The notes: a model not told the origin generated them from the sequence alone. A stretch of DNA of 35,701 nt from Thermoproteota archaeon (GCA_037917675.1 JAVCBW010000061.1:1-35701); one strand, 5' to 3'. Numbered from the stretch's first letter, positions 1 through 9,760 are shown. Program-made: numbers and translations.

Positions 1-55
1 AGCTAGCCATGTGAAGCTGTTGAATATTCAATAGACTAGGCATAGAGTCACATGG

Positions 56-297
56 AACTACACTGTGAGAGAGGCTGGGAGATCGAGGTTTTAAAGGATA
101 TTGGTTCTAGGTTAAAGGAGGATAGGAGGAATTTTCAAAAGCTGCTAAGAATGGTCATGAATAGAGAGGAGATATCTCCACAAGAAGAGTTGGTAGAGGA
201 TTTAATGACGATAATCTCACACTTCGCTGGAAAACTGTATGGTATGCGTTCGCATAAGTATGAGAGGGTGGTTGAGGATGCAAGGAAGCTCATATAG
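56..297 (+). pseudogene. tnpA: IS607 serine-recombinase TnpA, C-terminal remnant with internal deletion
   Basis: [17 protein letters not shown] and [27 protein letters not shown] are typical IS607 TnpA motifs; the N-terminal HTH, YARVS and DRLxRFG segments are absent. Confidence 0.85.
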
Positions 298-1452
298 GGT
301 CCTTAGCTACAAAATTAAGCATAAATACGATGTGAGGGATTTTCTGAGCCGTTACAAGTATCTTCTGCAGAAAGCGATTGATGAAATTTGGATCAACATG
401 GAGTGGAAAAAGAAAGGGAAGAGACTAATTCCAATAATTCCAAAATCCAAGGAGTTTAAGCGGAATTTAAGAAATAAATTGCTAAAGGATTGGAGCTACA
501 CATCACACTACGTTGATTCAGCCATAAAAAAGCTTACTCTATCATCAATTCTTGGAGAAGGAACTACTCGAAGGGAAAGAGAGAAACAAACCTATTGTAA
601 AGGGGAAGTTTGTTAGAGTTAAGGAAAAGCTCTACGTCTTCAGGGACAATAAAGTCAGAATAACGGTGAAACCAAGGAGAACTTATCTCGAATTCGATCT
701 ATCGAGAGCTTGGTTTAGGAAGAAGGTAGAAGGCTGCGATTTAGGAGAGCTAATCCTGAAGGAAGATGAGTTGATCATCGCATTCAGGAAAGAGATTAGC
801 GATAAGCTAGAGAAGAAAATTGCGTGGGACATGAATTTACTGAGCATGGATGGATTTTGCGAGAAAGGATGGATTAGGATTGACCTAAGACCCCTATACA
901 CTTTGCACATGACATATGTGAGAATATCAGGAGAAGGGTTCAGTTGCTAAGCAAAACGAAGTCTAAAACAGCAAGAAGATTAATGTAGAAATACTTCTAA
1001 AGAGATACAGAAACGGGGTTAAGGATTTCTTACACAAGTTAACTACGAAGCTTGCCAAGGAATTTGGGGATTACGAACACGGTTTCGAGGACTTGGATAA
1101 GCAGGAGATGTATAATAGTAGAAGAGCACACAATAGGGTCATCTCAAAGCAGAACTGGAGACAGATCGTTCAGCTTATGAGTTACAAGGTGCATGTTAGA
1201 TTACTGAATCCAAAACTCTCAACGAAGACCTGTCTCAGATGTAGTGGTAGAATGAAGCACCGAAGGGAGCAGGTTTTGGAGTACGAGTGCGGGTTAAAGA
1301 TTAGCAGGCAACTGGATGCATCCATCAACTTATACCTAAGGATGTGGGTTTTCCCTCCTTCTATGAAGGTTTGGGAGGAAATTATCCTCTCAATCCTGAG
1401 AGGGAGTGGGGTTACCCTGAAAGGGGCGAGACCGATGATATACTCCCGATGA
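278..1452 (+). pseudogene. tnpB: TnpB (RNA-guided nuclease family), broken by several frameshifts and a stop
   Basis: ATG at 278 overlaps the tnpA end; fragments in different frames give HYVDSAI, RuvC-I-like WDMN, DFLHKL..GFEDL (RuvC-II), TKTCLRC..ECG zinc ribbon and RQLDASINL (RuvC-III). Confidence 0.88.
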
Positions 1453-1520
1453 ACCCAGAGGGAGCTGAGATTGATGTGCTTCAAGGCGGACATATGTCTA
1501 TTAAAGGCTATGTCCGCTGA
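1400..1520 (+). ncRNA. Putative TnpB omega/reRNA scaffold region overlapping the tnpB 3' end
   Basis: Expected position for a reRNA; TGGGGTTACCCTGAAAG (1407-1423) is identical to the minus-strand copy at 35146-35162; 9-bp stem GCGGACATA(1486-1494)/TATGTCCGC(1509-1517). Confidence 0.5.
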
Positions 1521-1641
1521 GCCCTGCAGCAGGTCAGCTACCTCATGTACCTAACTTGCTCTAGAGCGCTAATCCTGAGCTTGCTGCTCAGCATATAAGC
1601 TTGCGCCACCAGCTCTTAAGCTAGTCTAGCTGAGCTCTATG

Positions 1642-2349
1642 CTAGCTTACAGGTGCTGTAGCTGAGCTGCCTTCAGCCTCTGAGCTGGCATCTCCCTTAG
1701 GCTCCCTCTTCTTCTTTCCCTCCTTGGATCTAGCTTCAACTAGCGTATCTAAGTACTCTTTGAAGAAGAACCATGCTGTGAACACACCTATCGAAAGCCC
1801 TATGCCAATCGATAGACCTGTCACCAAGGCTCCCTTAATCTCACCTGACAGCGTCGTTATGTCTACTATGAGCGCTGTTGAGAGGAGGAGTAAGATGAAC
1901 ATCACGTAGCCTCTAAGCTTCGCTTCAACCCTGATCTTTTCCACTATGCTATTGAATGCTATAAAGATGAATATGAGCATCAGCGCGACGCTTATGATCC
2001 TCGTCCCATAGCTTAACACGTTCTCTACAACCTGCATCTGAGCTTGTGTGAGGAACATTGAGAGGATGCTATATGCTGTGATGAGGGCTATCCCCAGGTC
2101 AGCTATAGCTATGAGGAGCCTTTCACTTGAGAAGGGGAGCTTTATCCCAGCATGCTGCTCTATAAGCTGATCTATCTCAGCGAACTTGAGGAGCTTAGAG
2201 AGCAGGATGTTCACAGCTTTAATAGCTATCAGAGCTATAGTTAAGACTAGCACTGAGAGCACTACTTTTGGCAGAAGCTGGACTATATCCCTAGCTATCT
2301 GCCTCAGCGCCTCTATTATGAGCTGGATCTGAGGCTGCATGCTCTCCAT
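1642..2349 (-). CDS. Multi-pass membrane protein (conserved TM-helix / MscS N-terminal-like)
   Basis: 235-aa ORF with about 5 hydrophobic helices, LPKVVLSVLVL start and GLSIGIGLSIG segment. Confidence 0.6.
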   Translation of the reverse strand: MESMQPQIQLIIEALRQIARDIVQLLPKVVLSVLVLTIALIAIKAVNILLSKLLKFAEIDQLIEQHAGIKLPFSSERLLIAIADLGIALITAYSILSMFLTQAQMQVVENVLSYGTRIISVALMLIFIFIAFNSIVEKIRVEAKLRGYVMFILLLLSTALIVDITTLSGEIKGALVTGLSIGIGLSIGVFTAWFFFKEYLDTLVEARSKEGKKKREPKGDASSEAEGSSATAPVS

Positions 2350-2531
2350 TAGCCTACCTAATAGTGCTTATAAGGCTAGCTTAAAGGTGAAGCTTTCAAT
2401 GCATAGCTCTCATCACAGCGTATAAGAGGAAGCAAGGCTAGAGCTGCAGTGAGAGCTCTGCAAAGTAAGGTTGCTCTCTGATGCTAAAGCCACGACGTAG
2501 CCTTGAGCTCTGCTTAGGTGGCTTTAGGCTC

Positions 2532-3317
2532 CTATGGCTTTGCTTCAAGGTGGAATGTGACTAGCCTTATGCTGTGGGCATCTACTATGACTGCTGTCCT
2601 CTCTGAGTGTGGTATTATCCTCGGGATCCTCCTCCAAGATCCTGTGTTGGCTACCTTCCACTTGTAGTCTATTCCAGCTAGGTGGCTGTGGCCGAATATA
2701 ACCCACCAGCTCTCTGGGACCTTACAGAGCTTCCTCCAGAGCTTCTCTAATGGGAGCTCTACTCCAAGCTTTCCAAGCACATAGGAGGCTGCTAGGGCAA
2801 GTGGGCCTAGCCTGCATGCTGTCTCACCGTGGTGAGCTACAGCTACCACATCTCCTATTCTGAACACAGCTGTATGCCCTACCACATGGAGCTCTCCATA
2901 GGTGCCTGGCTTGACATCTGGGTCATGGATCATGCTTGTGACCCAGTAGACCTCATAGGATTCGAGGCCAGCTTCAATTAGAAGCTTGTCTAGGCTGGAG
3001 TTGAGTGCAGTATAGAAGTATCTTCTATCATCTAGGAGGTCTCCTACAACTACCACTGTCTTTGGGCTGACATGGCTTAGTGCCAACCTTAGCTCAGATA
3101 TGAAGCCTCCACCTACATGGAGGTCTGAGATGAATGCTACTGGAGGCTTTAGCTCATAGACCTCTTCTTCCCTGAGCGGGTTAGCCCAGCTAGCTAATGG
3201 GGCTAGAAGCACTGGTGTGTTATAGAAGGCTAAAGCTAAGAGAGAGATGGCAGCAGCTATGAGCTTACTTGAGGCCAGCAGCTGAGCAGGCAATTTCACC
3301 AAGTGGGACACCGACAC
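2532..3317 (-). CDS. Calcineurin-like metallophosphoesterase with N-terminal membrane anchor or signal
   Basis: SDLH, VGDLLD, HHG, FGHSH and NTGSW motifs; hydrophobic N-terminus. Confidence 0.8.
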   Translation of the reverse strand: MSVSHLVKLPAQLLASSKLIAAAISLLALAFYNTPVLLAPLASWANPLREEEVYELKPPVAFISDLHVGGGFISELRLALSHVSPKTVVVVGDLLDDRRYFYTALNSSLDKLLIEAGLESYEVYWVTSMIHDPDVKPGTYGELHVVGHTAVFRIGDVVAVAHHGETACRLGPLALAASYVLGKLGVELPLEKLWRKLCKVPESWWVIFGHSHLAGIDYKWKVANTGSWRRIPRIIPHSERTAVIVDAHSIRLVTFHLEAKP

Positions 3318-3383
3318 CTGAGGCCCATGCTGCCTCTAAGATCTAGGCTACTCAGGTGGTCAAGCTTATATCCCTTGCCTACC

Positions 3384-4274
3384 ATGACTTCAGGGATTCT
3401 GTTGGAGGAGGATGCCAGCAGCCCTAAGGCGCTAGTGTCATTTGAATGCAAGCTCATAGAGCTCCTAGAGCATAGGGGTGTTGATGACGCTCTAGCCTAC
3501 GCTAGGGCTGTAGCTGAAGACTACAGGAGTAGCGGCCTCTCAAGTGAGCTGCCAGCTATCTGGGCTTCTGTAGCTAGAGCTCTGAGGGAGAGAGGCTACA
3601 TCCAGCTGGCAGCTGCTGTCCTCAAGGAGGCCTTAGAGGAAGCTGAAGACGAAGCCTGGCTTCTTCAGCAGGAGCTTGCAGCCTGCCTAGCTCAGGCTGG
3701 AGAGGAGGAAGAGGCTTTAGGCTACTACTTGATGGCTATAAGCCAGAGGGGGAGGCTCACAGGGCTCCTACCAGAGGACTACTCTAGGATAGCTGCTGTA
3801 CTCGAGTCAGCTGGCATGCTGGATGAAGCCCTAAACGAGTATAGGAGAGCTCTATCAGAAGGCTTCTATACTCTGAGCGAAGATGAGCTTGCCTGTAGGT
3901 ATATTGACATAGCTCGAGTCTTGGCAAGCATGGGCGAGGAGGAGGAAGCTCTATGGAACTTGGAGGAGGCCTTAAACACTCTGCTGAAAGGCGGGATGTA
4001 TGAGAGGGCAGCTGAAGTCAGCCTCCAGATGGCCACCATACTACATGGGATGGGGCTTCTCGAGGATGCAGAGCGCCTCTACAGGTCAGCGATAAGGCTT
4101 TCACCTGGGTCCTCAGCTTCATCCAGGGCATATGTGGGGCTTGCTAGAGTCTTAGCTGAGCTCGGTAGAGCAGGTGAGCTGCGGGGGCTGCTTGAGGAGG
4201 CTCTGTCAGCTGACCTTGAAGAAGAAGATAGGCGTGAGCTAGAGGCCATGTGGAGGAGGCAGCTAAGCTTATGA
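3384..4274 (+). CDS. Tetratricopeptide-repeat (TPR) protein
   Basis: Repeated G.EEA..Y..A helical units; start uncertain (ORF track 3303; ATG 3384 or TTG 3402 downstream of CTTATA at 3365). Confidence 0.75.
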   Translation: MTSGILLEEDASSPKALVSFECKLIELLEHRGVDDALAYARAVAEDYRSSGLSSELPAIWASVARALRERGYIQLAAAVLKEALEEAEDEAWLLQQELAACLAQAGEEEEALGYYLMAISQRGRLTGLLPEDYSRIAAVLESAGMLDEALNEYRRALSEGFYTLSEDELACRYIDIARVLASMGEEEEALWNLEEALNTLLKGGMYERAAEVSLQMATILHGMGLLEDAERLYRSAIRLSPGSSASSRAYVGLARVLAELGRAGELRGLLEEALSADLEEEDRRELEAMWRRQLSL

Positions 4275-4276
4275 TG

Positions 4277-4636
4277 CTAAGCTCTCCCGAGGGCTCTCTC
4301 AAGTCTTCTAGCAAGCAGCCTAGCTTCAGCTCTGAAGACTTCACCCACCACCATGTCTCCGAGTATGTAGAGGATGAAGCCTCCTCTAATAGCTCTAAAG
4401 TAGAGTGTTCCCCTCTCGCAGAAGATAGCTACATCAGTGGGCTCACCTACACCAGCTGCTTCAGAAGCCTCTCTTGCAGTAGACAGGACAGCTGAGGATG
4501 CAGCTGACATACCTGAAGCATCAGCTACCTCACCTATGCTAGCATACTTGAGGCCTTCTCCTGTAGCTAGGATCACCCCCCTCACGCCAGGAGATGCTGC
4601 AATAAACCTCTCCATCACATCTACTATAGAGCTCAA
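4277..4636 (-). CDS. Roadblock/LC7 domain protein
   Basis: About 120 aa with PGVRGVILATGEGL and MSAASSAVLS pattern; TTG at 4636 preferred because the GTG at 4645 lies inside the IS right end. Confidence 0.8.
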   Translation of the reverse strand: MSSIVDVMERFIAASPGVRGVILATGEGLKYASIGEVADASGMSAASSAVLSTAREASEAAGVGEPTDVAIFCERGTLYFRAIRGGFILYILGDMVVGEVFRAEARLLARRLERALGRA

Positions 4637-4637
4637 G

Positions 4638-4750
4638 GGGTTCACAGCTGGTAGGCTTTCATAGAAAGATGTGAGTTTTGATCTGCCAACCGTTTCCCCG
4701 TCATCGAGGCTAATGCCTCTAGTAGGGCATTAGCCTCTAGTAGGGCTTTC
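4638..4750 (-). ncRNA. Putative omega/reRNA scaffold (right end) of the HTH-tnpB element
   Basis: About 80% identical by hand alignment to 35057-35150, with compensatory changes in stem 4683-4693/4644-4654. Confidence 0.55.
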
Positions 4751-4752
4751 GA

Positions 4753-5130
4753 TTCTATGCTTATCTCTAGAATTCCATTTCTAATGATAAAGAGCGTGCT
4801 CTTGATGTAAACTGTTCTCCTCGTTATTTTAGGGAAAATCCTTTGCTCTTCTGCGATTATATAGCATTATCCACCCCTTACTAATCCCATAACTGAATCT
4901 ATTGCTGAATCAATGTAATGTCTCGCAAATTTCCAGTCCTTGAGCAGTCTGTCCCTTAATTCCTTCCTCTCCTCCCTGTTGAGCTCTAGGTGAGCTTTCC
5001 TACTCCTAGAATACTTGACGTACTTTAATATCTCCCTTGACGCTGCTTCCTTAATCCTAAAGTACGCTTCAATTAGGTCCCTTGGAGCCTCAACTGGAAT
5101 CCTATATGCCTTGATTGCCTCTTCCTTCAG
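4753..5130 (-). pseudogene. tnpB: TnpB N-terminal fragment (RuvC half deleted)
   Basis: Hand translation gives KAYRIPVEAPRDLIEAYF...KELRDRLLKDWKFARHYIDSAI, homologous to LRNKLLKDWSYTSHYVDSAI in the first TnpB; frameshift near 4875. Confidence 0.8.
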
Positions 5131-5272
5131 GTATCCTCCTAACCTCGCCCTCTGGAATCCTGTACCTCCCGCTCGGTAGCCTGATCGCCTTAATTCACCT
5201 CTCTTTGATCTACTTGACCACGGTATGTATGCCTACACCGAGAGCCTCCGCAACTTCACTCGCTCTTAACAT
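5102..5272 (-). pseudogene. Small MerR/excisionase-like HTH protein with two in-frame stops
   Basis: MLRASEVAEALGVGIHTVVK*IKER*IKAIRLPSGRYRIPEGEVRRI; stops at 5210-5212 and 5195-5197. Confidence 0.8.
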
Positions 5273-5388
5273 CCTCTCCTTTCACCACATATCTACCACA
5301 AAATATCAAGATAACTAAACAAGTGTAGATCTATCTAAACCTTAACAGTTATGTCAAGGCGACCCTAGTATACTACCAGCCTTAAAGG

Positions 5389-6075
5389 CTACTTTATCCA
5401 GACTCTTCTACCCTCCTCTATGTACACGAGCCTGGCAGCTGACTTGGCTACTAGGTCTCCCATCCTCTCGAGGTGCTTTGCGACGAAAAGGAGGTCTATG
5501 GCGTCATCTATCCTATGTGGTATCCTGACCATGTAGCCTATGAGCTCATTGTAGGTCTGGTTATAGAGGAGGTCTATCTCATCGTCTCTAGCCTTAAGCT
5601 CCTTTTCAAGCATTGAGGTATCTCCTGTCTTTATGCTAGCCTCATTTATCTCAAGCATCTCTATGACAAGATTACACATTCTAGGGACGTCTATCAGAGG
5701 CTTAAGCAGAGGCTTGTCGAAGGTCTTCTTAGCTATGTAAGCTATCTTCTGAGCTAGGTCGCATATCCGCTCATAGTTGTTCGATATCCTCATCATTGAG
5801 GCTATGAACCTCAGGTCTCTTGCAACAGGCTGCTGGAGCGCAGCTAGGCTGAGGCACTCCTCTTCTATATCCATGTTCAGCACATCACTCCTCTTCTCAA
5901 GCTCATACACAATCTTAGCCTTCTCTATGTCCTTCTCCTTTAGGGCTTCAACAGATAGCCTGATAGCTTCCTTAGCTATCCCACTCAGCTCTAAAACCAT
6001 ATCCCTTATCTTGTTCAGCCCCCTGTCTAGGGCTACTCTCTCTACGTTCCCTCTTTCCCTCGTTTTATCACCCAA
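5389..6075 (-). CDS. phoU: Phosphate signalling/transport regulator PhoU
   Basis: [15 protein letters not shown] and ERMGD repeats; directly follows pstB. Confidence 0.95.
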   Translation of the reverse strand: MGDKTRERGNVERVALDRGLNKIRDMVLELSGIAKEAIRLSVEALKEKDIEKAKIVYELEKRSDVLNMDIEEECLSLAALQQPVARDLRFIASMMRISNNYERICDLAQKIAYIAKKTFDKPLLKPLIDVPRMCNLVIEMLEINEASIKTGDTSMLEKELKARDDEIDLLYNQTYNELIGYMVRIPHRIDDAIDLLFVAKHLERMGDLVAKSAARLVYIEEGRRVWIK

Positions 6076-6820
6076 ACCTCCCTGTCAGGTACTCTTCTGT
6101 AAGCTTGTGCTTGGGGGTCTTAAACATGACGGCTGTCTCATCATATTCCACTAGCACCCCTCTATAGAGGAAGGCTGCATAGTCGCTTACTCTAGCAGCC
6201 TGCTGGATGTTATGTGTCACGATAACCACAGTATACTCTCTCTTGAGGGTTAGTATGAGGTTCTCGATCCTTGTAGCTGAGATTGGATCTAGAGCTGAGG
6301 TGGGCTCGTCGAAGAGCAGGACCTCAGGGCTCGTGGCGAGGGCTCTAGCTATGCACAGCCTCTGCTGCTGCCCACCTGATAGCTTCCCACCAGGCTGGTC
6401 AAGCTTGTCCTTGACCTCATCCCATAGGGCAGCCTTCTTCAAGCAGTCTTCAACGACCTCTCTGAGCTTCCTTCTATCCCTGACTCCAGCGAGCCTGAGC
6501 CCTATGGCTACGTTATCGAATATGCTCATGTGAGGAAACGGGTTTGGCCTCTGGAAGACCATCCCTATCCTCCTTCTGACCTCAACTGGATCCACGCTTG
6601 GGTCATAGATGTTCTCTCCATCTAAGAGCACCTCACCCTCTACCCTAGCTCCCTCTATAAGCTCATGCATCCTGTTTAAGCACCTGAGAAGCGTTGTCTT
6701 ACCGCATCCACTTGGGCCTATGATAGCTGTTATCGTGTTCTCTCTTATCCCCATGCTCACGTCTCTGAGGACCTGGTGGCTACCATACCATGCATTAAGC
6801 TCTCTGATGTCTATCTTCAA
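6068..6820 (-). CDS. pstB: Phosphate ABC transporter ATPase
   Basis: [48 protein letters not shown]. Confidence 0.97.
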   Translation of the reverse strand: MKIDIRELNAWYGSHQVLRDVSMGIRENTITAIIGPSGCGKTTLLRCLNRMHELIEGARVEGEVLLDGENIYDPSVDPVEVRRRIGMVFQRPNPFPHMSIFDNVAIGLRLAGVRDRRKLREVVEDCLKKAALWDEVKDKLDQPGGKLSGGQQQRLCIARALATSPEVLLFDEPTSALDPISATRIENLILTLKREYTVVIVTHNIQQAARVSDYAAFLYRGVLVEYDETAVMFKTPKHKLTEEYLTGRFG

Positions 6821-6821
6821 G

Positions 6822-7643
6822 CTACCGCCTCATAACTCTCCTGACAGCTATGTTCACTAAGAGGACAGCTAGCATCAGGAGTAGTGCAGCTCCCCATGCC
6901 TGTGTGTGCCACTCCTCATATGGTGAGGTAGCATAGACGTAGATGACTAGAGGGAGAGCTGAGCAGGGGTCTAGGAAGCCTCCTGCATAGCCTTGGCTCC
7001 CGAAGGAGGTGAAGAGCAGCGGAGCTGTCTCGCCTGCAACTCTAGCCATAGACAGCAGTGCTCCAGCTAGTATCCCTGCCTTAGCCTCCTTTAGCAGGAT
7101 GTGAGCTACAACCCTCCACCTCCTGATCCCGAGGGCGAGGCCAGCTTCCCTTATCTCCATAGGCACCATCTTCAAGGCCTCTTCAGTAGCTTTCGAGACT
7201 ACAGGTATGACAAGGATGCTCAAGGCTACTGCTCCTGCTAGAGCTGAGAACCCCCACCTTGAGACGATTAGCATGTAGCTGAAGACTCCTGCAACTATGG
7301 AGGGTGTGCCTGCAAGAGCATCTCTAGCTACAGCAACCAGCTCAGCTAGCTTGCCACGCCCATACTCAGCTAGGTAGACTCCTGAAGCCACCCCTACTGG
7401 CAGGGTGATTGCCATAGAGAGCAAGGTGAGCATGACAGTCCCCTGGATCGCGTTAGCTACGCCTCCTCCAGCCTCCCCCACTGGAGCTGGGAGAGATGTT
7501 ATGAAGCTTAAGCTGAGAGCTCTAGCACCTCTAGATGCCACAGCATACACTATGCTGAAGAGTGGAGCTAGGATAGCAGCGATGCTAGCTAGGCAGGCTA
7601 GCGTGAAGGCTCTGTCAGCTAGCCTCCTCAGCCTAGCTCTCAT
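6822..7643 (-). CDS. pstA: Phosphate ABC transporter permease
   Basis: GVYLAEY, PSIVAG and [13 protein letters not shown] motifs. Confidence 0.95.
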   Translation of the reverse strand: MRARLRRLADRAFTLACLASIAAILAPLFSIVYAVASRGARALSLSFITSLPAPVGEAGGGVANAIQGTVMLTLLSMAITLPVGVASGVYLAEYGRGKLAELVAVARDALAGTPSIVAGVFSYMLIVSRWGFSALAGAVALSILVIPVVSKATEEALKMVPMEIREAGLALGIRRWRVVAHILLKEAKAGILAGALLSMARVAGETAPLLFTSFGSQGYAGGFLDPCSALPLVIYVYATSPYEEWHTQAWGAALLLMLAVLLVNIAVRRVMRR

Positions 7644-8563
7644 CTTACACCACCTCTAGCTAGAGCTCTGCCAGCTAAGCTGACTAGGACTGACAGGATG
7701 AAGAGTATGAGCCCAGATGCCACTAGAGCAGAGACATAGATGTCGCTTGTCGCCTCAACAAACTCGTTTGCTATGACTGCAGCTAGCGTGTAAGCTGGAG
7801 AAAGCAGGCTAGCTGAGATCACAGGTGTGTTCCCTATGACCATGGTTACAGCCATGGTCTCACCTATAGCTCTAGCATAGCCGAGGACTGCTGCAGCTAG
7901 AACTCCACGCTTGACAGAGGGTAGCACAACATGCCTTATGACCTCAAACCTAGTTGCCCCCAAAGCATAGAGGCCATCCTTCAGCTCAGCTGGAACAGAC
8001 GCTATGGCCTCCTTGGAGAGTGATGTTATTATTGGGGTTATCATTATGGCTAACACGAGGACTGCAGTCAGCATCGAGAGCCCCATGGTTCTACCTGAGA
8101 AGAGAGGTATGAAGCTGAGCTTGCTGAGAGCAGGCTGAACATGGTCTCTTACGATGGGAGCTAGCACGAATATCCCCCAGAGCCCTATCACAACACTCGG
8201 TATGGCTGCTATCAGGTCTATTACAGAAGACAGGATGTCAGCTAAGCTTCTAGGGCAGATCTCAGCTAGGAAAACTGCTGACAGCAAGCTCAGAGGGAGA
8301 GCTAAAGCTAGTGCTAGGGTCGAGGAGACTAGCGTCCCATAGATGAAGGGGAGCTGCCCAAACCTCCTATGTCCAGGATCCCACTCAGCTGACAAGAGGC
8401 CTGCTCCAGCTTCAGCTATCGAGAGCCTTGAGCCCCTAGCAAGCTCGTAGAGCATGAGGGCTGAGATAGCTACCACAGAGAGAGCAAAGCATAGGGTTAA
8501 GGCGAGGAAGCCCATGTCGCCGCTAAGAGGCCTAGCGAGGCCTCGCCGGGGGCGCTTACACAA
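7640..8563 (-). CDS. pstC: Phosphate ABC transporter permease
   Basis: AAIPSVVIGLWG and ARAIGETMAVTMVIGN motifs. Confidence 0.95.
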   Translation of the reverse strand: MCKRPRRGLARPLSGDMGFLALTLCFALSVVAISALMLYELARGSRLSIAEAGAGLLSAEWDPGHRRFGQLPFIYGTLVSSTLALALALPLSLLSAVFLAEICPRSLADILSSVIDLIAAIPSVVIGLWGIFVLAPIVRDHVQPALSKLSFIPLFSGRTMGLSMLTAVLVLAIMITPIITSLSKEAIASVPAELKDGLYALGATRFEVIRHVVLPSVKRGVLAAAVLGYARAIGETMAVTMVIGNTPVISASLLSPAYTLAAVIANEFVEATSDIYVSALVASGLILFILSVLVSLAGRALARGGVR

Positions 8564-8589
8564 GGCCTACACCACAGTCCACTCGGCTT

Positions 8590-8670
8590 CCCGTTTATAA
8601 ACATTGGCCACAAACTCTATAGAATACAGGGTAATCTATATAGATCACAGGTGCAGCATACATTTAAGCT
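8590..8670. promoter_or_regulatory. Divergent promoter region for pstC and the radical SAM gene, with TATA boxes and palindromes
   Basis: GTTTATAAAC 8593-8602, TCTATAGA 8616-8623, ATCTATATAGAT 8634-8645; TTTAAG about 21 nt before GTG 8690. Confidence 0.55.
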
Positions 8671-8689
8671 TCCATGAGGCAAGCTAGCT

Positions 8690-9760
8690 GTGCTATACTT
8701 CATAATGACAACTGGCAGATGTAACCTCTCTTGCAGGTACTGTGGAGGAAGCTTTCCAGAGAGCCTGGTCCCATGGAGGGTGGAGTACAGGCTGGAGGAG
8801 CTCCTAGACTTCCTCTCAAGGGACAAGGAGCCTATAGTGGCCTTCTATGGAGGGGAGCCTCTGCTCAACACGAAGCTGATAGAGGATCTAGTAGACTCCA
8901 TGGAGCCAAGCAGGCTTGTGATCCAGACAAATGGGCTTCTAGCCAGGAGGCTGAGCCCTAGGATCTGGAGGAGATTTGATGCAGTACTCCTATCGATAGA
9001 TGGCAGAGAGGAGGTCACAGACTACTATAGGGGCCGAGGCGTGTACAGGCGTGTCCTAGAGGCTGCAGCCTACATAAGGAAGTCAGGGTTCAAAGGAGAT
9101 CTCATAGCGAGGATGACAGTCTCAGAGAAGAGCAGCATCCTAAGAGACGTCCTTCACCTCACGTCACTAGGCGTATTCGACCACGTGCACTGGCAGCTTG
9201 ATGTAGTCTGGAGTAGAGACTGGGGCTTCGGGAGGTGGCTCAGAGAAGCCTACATTCCAGAGCTCACCAAGCTCACATCAATATGGGCTAGGAAGCTAGT
9301 CCAGGGGGAGGTCATGGGGCTGGTTCCCCACCTAGGCGTCCTCAGAGCGCTAGTATTCGAGCCAAACCCTACGCCACCATGTGAAGCAGGTGTAAGAGCA
9401 TTCGCCATATCGACAAGCAGCGAGATCCTAGCTTGCCCTATAGCAGTAGACGTGGAGTGGGCTAAGCTAGGCAGCATAAGGTCAGCTAGCCCAAGTGAGC
9501 TCCCAGGGAAGGTCAGGATAGGGGCTCCCTGCACGGCATGCAGGTACTTTCCAGCATGTGGCGGGAGGTGCCTGTACACTTACATGGAGAGGCTATGGGG
9601 TGAGGATGGCTTCAAGCTAGTCTGCAGCTCAGTCAAGCACCTCATAGAGGAGGTCAGGAGGGTGAGGCCACTTGCCCTACACCTCCTAGAGGAGGGTGTG
9701 CTGAGCAGAGAACAGCTATACTACCCCAAGTACAATAACACTACAGAGATAATACCCTAG
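8690..9760 (+). CDS. Radical SAM/SPASM protein (AF0577 / TIGR04084-like archaeal family)
   Basis: CNLSCRYC, FYGGEPL, HWQLD, SPASM cysteines CTACRYFPACGGRC, C-terminal NNTTEIIP. Confidence 0.85.
   Translation: MLYFIMTTGRCNLSCRYCGGSFPESLVPWRVEYRLEELLDFLSRDKEPIVAFYGGEPLLNTKLIEDLVDSMEPSRLVIQTNGLLARRLSPRIWRRFDAVLLSIDGREEVTDYYRGRGVYRRVLEAAAYIRKSGFKGDLIARMTVSEKSSILRDVLHLTSLGVFDHVHWQLDVVWSRDWGFGRWLREAYIPELTKLTSIWARKLVQGEVMGLVPHLGVLRALVFEPNPTPPCEAGVRAFAISTSSEILACPIAVDVEWAKLGSIRSASPSELPGKVRIGAPCTACRYFPACGGRCLYTYMERLWGEDGFKLVCSSVKHLIEEVRRVRPLALHLLEEGVLSREQLYYPKYNNTTEIIP

Larger units (their letters stand above)
56..1520 (+). mobile_element. Decayed IS607-family element (tnpA remnant + frameshifted tnpB + right end); left part missing
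   Basis: AT-rich relative to flanks; adjacent TnpA-like and TnpB-like fragments; right-end hairpin at 1486-1517; boundaries approximate. Confidence 0.85.
4633..5359 (-). mobile_element. Non-autonomous small-HTH + tnpB element (IS607/IS200-605 related), internally deleted
   Basis: HTH pseudogene, tnpB 5' part, and both ends homologous to the element at 35051-35465; TCAAGG at both junctions (4633-4638, 5354-5359). Confidence 0.8.

Noticed and set aside
278-1452. Programmed frameshifting producing active TnpB
   Set aside because: Multiple frameshifts, an in-frame stop and degenerate zinc-finger/RuvC-III residues indicate simple decay.
5195-5212. Pyrrolysine or selenocysteine readthrough of in-frame TAG/TGA in the HTH gene
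   Set aside because: The stops fit single transitions from Trp and Arg codons in a decayed element, and TAG is the commonest true stop in this window.
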